Source: Gemmatimonadota bacterium (GTDB lineage: Bacteria > Gemmatimonadota > Gemmatimonadetes > Gemmatimonadales > GWC2-71-9). Taken from it: DNA of 35,416 nt. Positions 18,154 through 26,327 of the stretch are shown piece after piece. Where the stretch lies: assembly GCA_039932125.1 (NCBI GenBank), contig JBDTQP010000002.1, positions 1-35,416 on the forward strand, read 5' to 3'. Position 1 is the stretch's first letter. Every line of letters begins with the position of its first letter. Below the pieces are notes generated by a model, which worked only from the letters and a program-made list of their open reading frames with translations, ran no database searches and was not told where the DNA came from. The translations under genes were made by a program, and so were the position numbers.

Positions 18154-18978
18154 TCAGTCCCGGCGGGGCCAGAGGAGCGCCCACACGCCAGCGAGAATCG
18201 CGATGACCAATGGTGCGAACCAGCGGCCCCCGCTATGAGGACCGGCGACGATGCTCGTAGGCGCAAGCAGAAGCGCGTGCACCCCTATCGTGAAAAAGAT
18301 GTTCCTGGTCCGGAAGAAAATCCATGTGAGAAAGAGACTGAATGCCACGATGATGCCGAGGTGGAGACTGGCCTGCTGCGTGACTTGAAGGGATATCCCC
18401 TGAGGCAAAGCGACAAGAATTGAAGCCAGGGCCACACCAGACGCGGCAAGAGGGATTCGGTTCTGCAGCCTGACTGCTTGTCTGGCCAGGAGGAGATACA
18501 GCTGAATGAAGAGAAAGCCGCGGAATACAGTCTCTTCAAGGGTGGCGCGGGCGAGAGCGGTGAGAAGGTCACCAGCCATGGCCCAGCGGGAGCCGTATTC
18601 AAAGGCAGGGTCGAGGAGCACGGGTCGGTTGGCCACTACGCGCGGGATCACTCCGATAACCTGGGCCGCGCTCCAGATCATCACGGCGATGGCGATGCCG
18701 CGGGCAGCGTAGTCCGGATTAAAGGCGAGATCGTCCAGACGAATCCTTCCGAGTAACAGGATGACCGCGAGGGTGATCACCACCGCAGCCATGATCGCGA
18801 TGAATTCGGCCGAAACGACTCCCCGGGAGGCGAGGTCTATCACCCGTACCCATTCGAACCGGGTGAGTGCCATGGCACCCGCTACAATCCCAGCCATGAT
18901 GATTAATGGCAGAGGGAGCGACCAGGCAGGGGCTCGGCGGAAGCGATTGAAATGCTCCAGCTCCTTCGGCGCCGTCAT
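18154..18978 (-). CDS. CPBP-family (CAAX/Abi) intramembrane glutamic endopeptidase
   Basis: 274 aa, polytopic. Motif 1 is LEETVFRGFLF (E-E-x3-R) and the later His motif is FFTIGVHAL. ATGA overlap with the upstream gene. Confidence 0.8.
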   Translation of the reverse strand: MTAPKELEHFNRFRRAPAWSLPLPLIIMAGIVAGAMALTRFEWVRVIDLASRGVVSAEFIAIMAAVVITLAVILLLGRIRLDDLAFNPDYAARGIAIAVMIWSAAQVIGVIPRVVANRPVLLDPAFEYGSRWAMAGDLLTALARATLEETVFRGFLFIQLYLLLARQAVRLQNRIPLAASGVALASILVALPQGISLQVTQQASLHLGIIVAFSLFLTWIFFRTRNIFFTIGVHALLLAPTSIVAGPHSGGRWFAPLVIAILAGVWALLWPRRD

Positions 18979-19400
18979 CTTTCAGCAGCTTTCGCCGAGC
19001 GTTCGGCCGAAATGCTTTTCATGGCTTTCATCTTTTCCCGTGCTGAACGAGCTGCAGCGGCGAGAACCTCTCCCGCTTCCTGGCCAGCGCCATCCCGGGC
19101 TGGTGCGGTCAGCTGTGCCAGCACTTCAACGGCGACTTCCGGCCGGGGATTTTTCAATTGAAGAACCGCGGCGGCAAGTGCCCTTCGGAGCTGGGGCGGA
19201 AGGGTGAGTGTCGCGAACCGGTGTTCGAGAGCCGCCACGCGCCGGCGATGCGCCCGTTCTCCGGGAGGCGATTCCAGGAGCAGGTCCTGGGTTACTCGCA
19301 CCGTGAGCCAGAGGGCATAGATGCCTTCTCGTCTGGGGCCCCGTGCCGTACGGGCCAGCAGGCGCACAAGCTCAAGAGCGGCTGGATCCCACCCGGTCAT
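18975..19400 (-). CDS. hypothetical all-alpha, Arg/Ala-rich protein (141 aa)
   Basis: Coupled by ATGA at both ends (19397-19400 and 18975-18978), so it is very likely translated. No signal peptide, TM segment or recognisable motif. Confidence 0.5.
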   Translation of the reverse strand: MTGWDPAALELVRLLARTARGPRREGIYALWLTVRVTQDLLLESPPGERAHRRRVAALEHRFATLTLPPQLRRALAAAVLQLKNPRPEVAVEVLAQLTAPARDGAGQEAGEVLAAAARSAREKMKAMKSISAERSAKAAER

Positions 19401-20419
19401 GCGAGCACCTGCGCGATCACCCGCTCTACTTCATCAGGAGCGATGTCGCGGAGGCAGCGATGATGCCCCAGCGGACAGTGATCCCCCCCCCATGCCGTGC
19501 AGGGCCGGCAATCGAGATCACGTTCGACGACCACGGCAGCGGGAGTATAGGGAAAGAAACCGAATGCACGCACTGTGGGCCCGAAGAGCGCCACCACGGG
19601 AGTGTTCACCGCGGTAGCCATGTGCATCACCCCGGTGTCACCGGAGATGACTGCCCTGGCCCTCGAGAGGAGCGCGCCGGTTCCCTGGAGACCAAAAAGG
19701 CCAGCGGCATTGGCGGCCCGGGTACCACCAGCCCGAGCGACTGCTTCCCCGGTTTTCAGATCCTCGGGACCTCCCACCACTATGACGCCGGCGCCGCCAG
19801 CCGTGAGGCGCTCCACGAGCGAGTGCCAGTATTCAACCGGCCATCGTTTGGTGCCATGGGCTGCTCCCGGGGCGACTGCGATGAGATCCTGGTGCAGAGG
19901 CACCCCACTGGCGGTGAGCCAGGCAGCGGCCTCTTCCCGGGCTTTCGCACTCAGAAAGAATTCCGGGGGTGCCCCATCGGGGCGAACATCCAGCGCGCGT
20001 ACCGCGTCGAAGTACCGCTCCGGGACAGGAATCTCCCGCGGGTAGACACTCTTCTTTGTCCTGATGAGTACTTCCCTCGCCACCCGGTGTTTCCGATATC
20101 CACTCCAGGTTCCCGGGACGAGCAGCCGCAGGGCGCGGGTGCGAAGGCTTCCGTGCAGGTCCAGCAGGTGCGTGAACTGACGCTCTCGGATGTCGCCGGC
20201 CAGCGCATCCAGCGACTGCCCTCGCGTCAGCACCATCACATCATTGACCCGGGGATTGTCGGCGATCAGCGGCGCAAATGGCTCCTTGGTAAGAAACGTC
20301 AGGTGAGCCCCGGGGTGTCGCTCACGGGTAGCGCGCAGCAGTGGTGTCGTCAGCAGGACATCACCGATGGAACTGAACCGCATCGCGAGACTGCGCAGGG
20401 GTGGGGCGGGGGGCAGCAT
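19397..20419 (-). CDS. glycosyltransferase family 9 (heptosyltransferase-like)
   Basis: MRFSSIGDVLLTTPLL and SGDTGVMHMATAVNTPVVALFGPT are GT9 hallmarks. Start is taken at ATG 20419, which leaves a normal-length first beta strand. The alternative is GTG 20503. Confidence 0.85.
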   Translation of the reverse strand: MLPPAPPLRSLAMRFSSIGDVLLTTPLLRATRERHPGAHLTFLTKEPFAPLIADNPRVNDVMVLTRGQSLDALAGDIRERQFTHLLDLHGSLRTRALRLLVPGTWSGYRKHRVAREVLIRTKKSVYPREIPVPERYFDAVRALDVRPDGAPPEFFLSAKAREEAAAWLTASGVPLHQDLIAVAPGAAHGTKRWPVEYWHSLVERLTAGGAGVIVVGGPEDLKTGEAVARAGGTRAANAAGLFGLQGTGALLSRARAVISGDTGVMHMATAVNTPVVALFGPTVRAFGFFPYTPAAVVVERDLDCRPCTAWGGDHCPLGHHRCLRDIAPDEVERVIAQVLA

Positions 20420-20423
20420 GGGG

Positions 20424-20434
20424 GCGGGAATGTA
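20424..20434 (-). promoter_or_regulatory. TACATTCCCGC motif 9 nt upstream of the GT9 ATG (copy 1)
   Basis: The minus strand reads CGCGATACATTCCCGCCCCCATG. The same 11-mer at the same distance precedes the GT4 ATG at 26082. Confidence 0.45.
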
Positions 20435-20532
20435 TCGCGCGCCGGGGGAGCGGGGAAGCGCCAGGCCGGCGTAATACGAAGGAAGGTCTCGATCACCGTT
20501 CACGGGTGCCCGGGAACTGCTTACTTTCCAGC

Positions 20533-22101
20533 ATGCCTCGTCCCAAAAGCATTCTCTGGGTTGATGATGAAGTAGAGAGCCTTACTTCACACATCCTCTT
20601 CCTTGAGGAGCACGGTTTCTCCGTCGAAAAGACCTCGCACGGCGATGATGCCCTGGTCCTCCTCCAGCGGCAGACCTATGGTGTCGTCCTGCTCGATGAA
20701 CACATGCCCGGCCGCCGCGGCCTCGAGCTCTTTCGCGCTATCCGGGCCATCGACCATGCCATGCCCGTCGTTATGGTCACCAAGAGCGAAGAGCCCGATA
20801 CCCTCAAGGACGCCATCGGCGCGGAAATTTCCGATTATCTCGTCAAGCCGGTCAATCCGCGCCAAATCCTGTCCGTCGTTACCCGTCTTCTCGATGGGGA
20901 ACGGATCCGCCAGCAGCGTCTTTCCCGCGACTTCGCGACCCGGTTTCGTGAACTCGAGGGGCGCCGGGGGGATCAGCTATCCTGGCGCGAATGGGTCGAG
21001 CTGGTTGTCGAGCTGGCGGAATGGGAGGTCCGGCTGGGGAAAGTGGATGAGCCAGGGTTACAGGAAGCACTGCGAACGCTGCAGGAGAGCCTCCGCGCCA
21101 ATTTTGCCCGGTTCATCGAGCGGAACTATGCCCGCTGGCTGGCGGAGGGAAACAGCGATCGGCCGCCCCTGTCTGTCGATATCGGTGCCGAGTTTCTCCA
21201 GCCGATCCTCAAGGAAAACGGCAAGGTGATGCTGGTCGTGGTGGACTGCCTCCGCCTGGACCAGTGGGAAGTGCTTCGCCCGTTGATCAGCACAGTGTTC
21301 GATGTGGAAACGGCTCATTATTTCTCCATTGTCCCCACCGCCACCCCCTTTGCCCGGAATGCGATTTTCAGCGGGCTGTTCCCGCTGGAGCTTGCCGAGC
21401 GGCACCCCGGACGCTGGAAAGAAAGTGATGACACGTCGCTCAATGCCCACGAAGCGGAGTTTCTGACGGAGCAAATGGAAGAGCTCACGGGCCGTCACGT
21501 GCCTGTGCGTTACGAAAAGGTGTTCACCGCGGCGGATGGGGAAACGCTGCTCAAGCGGCTTCCCGCTCACCTTTCGCAACCGGGGGTAACCGCGCTGGTA
21601 TTCAATTTCATCGACCAGCTCACCCACGGGCGCACCGAAAACTCGACCCTCTTTGAAGTGGCCCGGGATACCCAGGCGCTCAGAAGTCTGACCCGGACCT
21701 GGTTCGAGCGCTCCCCCCTCTGGGATGCGCTCCGGGAAGCGGAGCGCCGAAGCGTGCCGGTTCTCCTCACCACGGATCATGGCTCCATTCACTGCCACAC
21801 GCCGGCTACGATCTATGCCAAGCGGGACGCGACCGCCAACCTGCGTTACAAGTTTGGGGAAGATCTGCGTACGCAGGATCCGGAAGCCGCGCTCGTTGTC
21901 GACAATCTGCCGTCCTATGGCTTGCCCGCGAAGGGCCCTAACGTAAAGCTGCTGCTGGCGACGGGAGATCGGTTCTTTGTCTATCCAACCAAACTGCGGG
22001 AATACCAGGCGCGCTATCGTGGCGCATTTCTCCATGGCGGGGTAACACCCGAGGAAGTGATTCTGCCGATTGCGCTGCTGACGCCAAGGAAATCACGGTG
22101 A
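20533..22101 (+). CDS. PorX-like response regulator: CheY-type receiver fused to a PglZ/alkaline-phosphatase-superfamily domain
   Basis: Receiver residues are visible (WVDDEVES, VLLDEHMPG, DYLVKP). The C-terminal domain has VVVDCLRLDQW ... TTDHGS, typical of PglZ. There is no DNA-binding domain. Start is ATG 20533 (conserved MPRPKSILWVDDE). A possible promoter is TTCACG-17-TACTTT-5-ATG. Confidence 0.8.
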   Translation: MPRPKSILWVDDEVESLTSHILFLEEHGFSVEKTSHGDDALVLLQRQTYGVVLLDEHMPGRRGLELFRAIRAIDHAMPVVMVTKSEEPDTLKDAIGAEISDYLVKPVNPRQILSVVTRLLDGERIRQQRLSRDFATRFRELEGRRGDQLSWREWVELVVELAEWEVRLGKVDEPGLQEALRTLQESLRANFARFIERNYARWLAEGNSDRPPLSVDIGAEFLQPILKENGKVMLVVVDCLRLDQWEVLRPLISTVFDVETAHYFSIVPTATPFARNAIFSGLFPLELAERHPGRWKESDDTSLNAHEAEFLTEQMEELTGRHVPVRYEKVFTAADGETLLKRLPAHLSQPGVTALVFNFIDQLTHGRTENSTLFEVARDTQALRSLTRTWFERSPLWDALREAERRSVPVLLTTDHGSIHCHTPATIYAKRDATANLRYKFGEDLRTQDPEAALVVDNLPSYGLPAKGPNVKLLLATGDRFFVYPTKLREYQARYRGAFLHGGVTPEEVILPIALLTPRKSR

Positions 22102-22110
22102 CAGGAGCCT

Positions 22111-22136
22111 GGCGGGGCGGCGGGGCAGCGGGGCAG
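22111..22136 (+). repeat. G-rich triple repeat (GCGGGGC-like units) just after the PorX-like stop
   Basis: ggcggggcggcggggcagcggggcag contains three GGGG runs plus GG runs. Confidence 0.4.
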
Positions 22137-22235
22137 TCCGATGCTGTCATGATTTATTCCGACCTTGCTGCGCCTTGCACTGGCGGAGCTTTTTCTCATT
22201 CCTCTCAGTTATCTCTTCGTGTTCTTCCCCGCTAA

Positions 22236-24071
22236 ATGAGTATCGAATGGCGGCTTGTCTCCTATCTCAAGCCATACCGTGGGTTGTTCATCCTCGGCAT
22301 GGCCACGACATTCCTGGCCTCGGTGCTCGATGGCTTCACGATTGTCGTGCTGATTCCGCTCCTGAAGCAGTTGTTCGGGACCGCGGGCGCACTCGGCCAA
22401 TCCACGAAGCTCGAGGCCTTCAGCGAATGGTTGCTTCACCCCTTCGTGGCCGGGGCGTCGCCGGGGGAAGCAACGGCCCGCATCGTCCTGATTCTCCTAA
22501 TCGGGCTCTTCTTCAAGAACGGGATGAGCTATGCCTCGAGTCAGCTGAACGTCGCGATGCAGGAGGGGCTCGTGCGCGATCTCCGCGGCAAGCTGTTCGA
22601 TCACCTGCTCACCCTCGATCTCGATTTCTTTCAGCGTACCCGGGCAGGTCAGCTGATCAGCGGGATGATCAGCGATGTGGACCAGACCAAGACCGCGGTC
22701 ACGGCCGCGCTGGCGGCGTTCTTTCAGAACTTCATGGTCATCCTGGTCACGCTGGTGATTCTCTGGCTCACCTCGTGGAGACTGACGCTGCTCACGCTCG
22801 CCAGCGCGCCGCTGCTGGTGCTGGGAATTCAGCAGCTGCTCCGCCGCTTGCGCAAACATTCGAAAGCCCGGGCCGAGGAGCGGGGTGAGATCACCGCGAC
22901 TATTGCGGAACGGCTGGGCGCAATCAAGCTGATCCGCGCCTACGGCACCGAAGAGCGGGAGGCTCAACGTTTCCAGGGCCAGTCAGACCGGTATCGCAAG
23001 CGGGTGATCCGCACCCAGCGATACTCATCGCTCACCAGTCCGGTCAGTGAAATTTTCGGAGGCGTGCTGGTCATCACGATTATCTGGGCCGGTACGACCC
23101 GGCTGTTCGGTACCGGCGGAGTTCCACTCGCTCCGGAGGCGTTGATCGCCTTTCTCATTGCCTCGCTCAAAATGATGTCGCCGATCAAGTCGCTGAGCCA
23201 ATTCCCCGCCGTGCTGGCCGTGGCGCTGGCCAGCGCCGAGCGGGTCTTTCACCTCCTGGATCTGCCGGCCAGCGACATCGACCAGCCCGGTGCGATCGAC
23301 GCCACATTTTCGCGGAGTGTCGCCTTCGAAGATGTCTCCTTCCGCTATGGCGAAGGCGACCCGGTGCTTCGGGACATCTCCTTCTCGATTGCTCGTGGTG
23401 AGGTCGTGGCTCTGGTGGGTCCATCGGGGGCGGGAAAGACGACGTTGGTCGATCTTCTGCCTCGCTTTCATGAGCCCACGTCTGGCCGCATCCTGATGGA
23501 CGGTCAGCCGTTGAACCGGCTGCAACGGAAGTCGCTGCGTGCGCTCATGGCGGTGGTGGGGCAGGACACCCTGCTGCTCAACGATACGGTGGCGGCCAAC
23601 ATTGCTTATGGCCAGCCCGGTGTTGACCGGGCCCGCGTCGAGCGCGCCGCGGAAGCGGCGAATGCATCCGAATTCATCAGCCAGCTGCCATTCGGTTACG
23701 ATACGATGCTGGGCGAGCGAGGCACCAGGCTTTCGGGAGGCCAGCGGCAGCGCATCGCCATCGCGCGCGCACTGCTGCGTGATTCCCCGATTCTCATCCT
23801 TGATGAAGCCACCAGCGCGCTCGACGCAGAGTCCGAAAAACTGGTCCAGGAGGCAATCGAGCGCCTGATGCAGGATCGGACCGTGCTGGTCATCGCCCAC
23901 CGGCTCGCCACCGTCCGCGATGCGGATCGTATCGTGGTGCTCAATGAAGGGCGGATCGTTGAATCAGGAAACCACGACGAGCTGTTCAAGCGCGGCGGAC
24001 TTTACCGCCGCCTCTATGATCTCCAGTTCCGCGATGAAGACCTCGTGAGCAACCTCGGCTCCCGAGAGTAG
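22236..24071 (+). CDS. msbA: ABC exporter, fused permease/ATPase, MsbA-like (lipid A / glycolipid flippase type)
   Basis: 611 aa. Six-TM N-domain, Walker A GPSGAGKTT, signature LSGGQRQR, Walker B ILILDEATSALD. The MsbA call rests on architecture plus LPS-core-like neighbours. Confidence 0.8.
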   Translation: MSIEWRLVSYLKPYRGLFILGMATTFLASVLDGFTIVVLIPLLKQLFGTAGALGQSTKLEAFSEWLLHPFVAGASPGEATARIVLILLIGLFFKNGMSYASSQLNVAMQEGLVRDLRGKLFDHLLTLDLDFFQRTRAGQLISGMISDVDQTKTAVTAALAAFFQNFMVILVTLVILWLTSWRLTLLTLASAPLLVLGIQQLLRRLRKHSKARAEERGEITATIAERLGAIKLIRAYGTEEREAQRFQGQSDRYRKRVIRTQRYSSLTSPVSEIFGGVLVITIIWAGTTRLFGTGGVPLAPEALIAFLIASLKMMSPIKSLSQFPAVLAVALASAERVFHLLDLPASDIDQPGAIDATFSRSVAFEDVSFRYGEGDPVLRDISFSIARGEVVALVGPSGAGKTTLVDLLPRFHEPTSGRILMDGQPLNRLQRKSLRALMAVVGQDTLLLNDTVAANIAYGQPGVDRARVERAAEAANASEFISQLPFGYDTMLGERGTRLSGGQRQRIAIARALLRDSPILILDEATSALDAESEKLVQEAIERLMQDRTVLVIAHRLATVRDADRIVVLNEGRIVESGNHDELFKRGGLYRRLYDLQFRDEDLVSNLGSRE

Positions 24072-24114
24072 CCAGCATTATTCGCCGCACCAGTCCCTCA
24101 AACCCGAATCACCA

Positions 24115-25080
24115 TTGCCCAGAATCCTGCTGGTTGCCCGTTTCGACGATTCGACCCATTCGCACGCTGCCCTGCACCAGCGCGCGCTCGAGCGACTCGG
24201 CGCGGCCGTCACAATTTTCAATCTCGAGAAAACCGGCTGGCTCGGGCGGCTCACCGCGAAAGATCTGAAAGGCCGGCTGGAGCAGGCGCTTCGCCATGCC
24301 GATCCGGACGTTGTGCTGATTACCGATGGAGAAGTCCTCCGCGAAGGAGCGGTCGACGCGCTCCGGGGCAGCACACGCGCGCGCTGGGCCCACTGGTTTC
24401 CCCGGCAGGGACACGACGGGTCTGACCTCGCGCAGGCCGTGCGGGCATCGGATATCGTATTTACGGCGGGAGCCGCCATGGCGGAGCACTGGTCGGAGAA
24501 GTCGGGTCACCTCGTGCACACACTCGATCCCGCCTGCGATCCTTCCATGCACCGGCCGCTTCGCGTCCGCGAGCCGTTCCGGGCCAACGTCGTTTTTGCC
24601 GGCCGGGCATCGTCCTATCGCGAGGGAATTCTCGGTCAGCTTGTTGAGTTCGGGCTGGCGATCTGGGGACCGGGATGGAAAAAGACGAGTCTCCGGGAAT
24701 ACTGCCGAGGCGAGCAACTATCGTCGGATAATTTCGTGCGGGCGTATGCCGGTGCCACCATCGCGCTCAATATTCATCGAGAGGCGGAAGGTCCGCTTCC
24801 CGACGGTGCGCTCAGCGCGCGGATTTTCGAAGTGGCCGCAATCGGCGTCTCTCAGATTGTGGACGCCCGGCGCGAGCTGTCGCGGCACTTCCTTCCGAAT
24901 GAGGAGGTTCTCACGTTCAACGGACTTGAAGAGCTCCGCGACAAGACTCGCCATGCCCTGAACGATACCATCTTGCGTGAACGGATGTCCTTTGCGGCCC
25001 GCCAGACCGTACTCAAACGCCACACCTACATGCATCGGATGAAGGAGCTGCTCACGCAGTTGAATCCCGAAGCACGATGA
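24115..25080 (+). CDS. CgeB-family-like / GT1-like glycosyltransferase-domain protein
   Basis: 321 aa with a TTG start. The C-terminal half (VVFAGRA...LNIHRE...SARIFEVAAIG..QIVD...F...EEVLTF) resembles the CgeB/DUF3880-type family as I recall it. Confidence 0.55.
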   Translation: MPRILLVARFDDSTHSHAALHQRALERLGAAVTIFNLEKTGWLGRLTAKDLKGRLEQALRHADPDVVLITDGEVLREGAVDALRGSTRARWAHWFPRQGHDGSDLAQAVRASDIVFTAGAAMAEHWSEKSGHLVHTLDPACDPSMHRPLRVREPFRANVVFAGRASSYREGILGQLVEFGLAIWGPGWKKTSLREYCRGEQLSSDNFVRAYAGATIALNIHREAEGPLPDGALSARIFEVAAIGVSQIVDARRELSRHFLPNEEVLTFNGLEELRDKTRHALNDTILRERMSFAARQTVLKRHTYMHRMKELLTQLNPEAR

Positions 25081-25155
25081 CGTGACATAAGGTCTGTCCG
25101 AGAAACGACCTCTCGTACCGCAAGGCGCAAGGCTCAAAAGACCTTCCCCCTGCCG

Positions 25156-26082
25156 CTAAATAGCTCTCCGTCCCTCCGGTAGCGTCCCGTTGGCCAGGAA
25201 ATGCTGGTAGAATCGCACGTACTCTTCTGCCATTACGAGGTGGGAAAAATATTTCTCCGCGCGATTCCGGCAGGCGGCCGGGTCGATGGATGCAATGCGG
25301 TTGACCACGTCCACCATCTCGTCGAGGGTGTCTCCCAATCCGCCAACATCAGGTGTAATGATCTCCGGCAAAGAGCCCCGTCGAGTACCCACCACGGGAG
25401 TACCGCTCATCAAGGCTTCGGTGAGCGTGAGTCCGAAAGGCTCATCCCACAAAGCCGGCATCCAGAGGCAGCGAGCCTCTGCCAGCCATCGAGACTTTTC
25501 CTCGCCATCGACTTCGCCCACAAACTTGACGAGCCGACGAAAGCTGGGTCGCCATCCGCCGGCTACCACCAGTTTCCGCCCCGTCCGGAGCGCCCCTTCG
25601 ATCGCCAGGTGGTAACCCTTTTCCTTATGGAGTCGTCCCAGGAAAAAGTCATAGTCCTGCTTGACCGGCTCAAACCGATATTCAGCCGGATCAATACCGT
25701 TGTAGACAAAGGAGGTTCGCCCGTTCCGCTCGGCATGGTTGCCACTCACGAAAATCGTATCGGGCGGCGCTATTTTACCGGGGCGGAAATTCCCTTCCTG
25801 GGTCCACACATAGGGCACCGGCGGCCGGGTCTTGATCGGCGCGAAGGAATGGACGATATCGATGCCGGGAGGGATGAACGGAGAGATGTCGAAAGCGGGA
25901 TTCCGGGCCTTGAGATCAACCGGGACCAGCCTCGCCTCCGCCACCCGGGAACCCTGTCCCGCAATGAGGGTGACTTCGTGGCCCAGCTGTGCCAGCCCCC
26001 GCGCGAGCCAGACCACCACACGCTGGGTGCCACCGTACCCCTTTACGGGGAGTTTGTCATGAAAGTAGAGAGCGACGCGCAT
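25156..26082 (-). CDS. glycosyltransferase family 4 (GT-B, retaining type)
   Basis: MRVALYFHDKLPVKGYGGTQRVV N-terminus. E-x7-E region WDEPFGLTLTEALMSGTPVV. Start is ATG 26082, preceded by the TACATTCCCGC motif. Confidence 0.85.
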   Translation of the reverse strand: MRVALYFHDKLPVKGYGGTQRVVVWLARGLAQLGHEVTLIAGQGSRVAEARLVPVDLKARNPAFDISPFIPPGIDIVHSFAPIKTRPPVPYVWTQEGNFRPGKIAPPDTIFVSGNHAERNGRTSFVYNGIDPAEYRFEPVKQDYDFFLGRLHKEKGYHLAIEGALRTGRKLVVAGGWRPSFRRLVKFVGEVDGEEKSRWLAEARCLWMPALWDEPFGLTLTEALMSGTPVVGTRRGSLPEIITPDVGGLGDTLDEMVDVVNRIASIDPAACRNRAEKYFSHLVMAEEYVRFYQHFLANGTLPEGRRAI

Positions 26083-26086
26083 CGGC

Positions 26087-26097
26087 GCGGGAATGTA
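26087..26097 (-). promoter_or_regulatory. TACATTCCCGC motif 9 nt upstream of the GT4 ATG (copy 2)
   Basis: The minus strand reads GGAGGTACATTCCCGCGCCGATG. Motif and spacing are identical to 20424-20434. Confidence 0.45.
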
Positions 26098-26327
26098 CCT
26101 CCACGGCCCGAATGCTGAAAGCACGCCTCCCCGGTCATCTGGACCGCGGTGGCAGGTCACTATTCGCCAATCGCTGTGCTGCTGCGTCAGCATATGGCGT
26201 ATGGCAACGTGATCGCTAAGATTCCTCCACCGTTGCCGGCCACCGTTCGCACTTGTGCCGCAGCAATACGCGATACAGCTTCGCTGGGAGCTTTCACTGG
26301 AGGAATGCCCGTGCCAGAGGAACGCAT

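Noticed and set aside
20401-20532. Upstream extensions of the PorX-like ORF (20401-20532) and, likewise, the GT2 (29216-29488), GT4 (30127-30273), ruvA (15207-15335), ruvC (15710-15760) and yebC (16476-16589) ORFs
   Set aside because: In each case the conserved family N-terminus begins at an internal start. That start is coupled to the upstream stop or preceded by an SD or promoter box, and the extensions overlap neighbouring genes or promoters.
19343-20575. 410-aa plus-strand ORF
   Set aside because: It is antisense to the clearly motif-bearing GT9 gene. The translation is Pro/Gly/Arg-rich with no family motifs, which is the typical shadow ORF of a high-GC genome.
21058-22035. 325-aa minus-strand ORF
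   Set aside because: It lies entirely antisense to the PorX-like gene and has no recognisable motifs. Shadow ORF.
23025-23900. 291-aa minus-strand ORF
   Set aside because: It is antisense to the ATPase domain of the MsbA-like exporter, whose Walker and signature motifs fix the true strand.
25201-26118. 305-aa plus-strand ORF
   Set aside because: It is antisense to the GT4 gene (E-x7-E motif on the minus strand). Shadow ORF.
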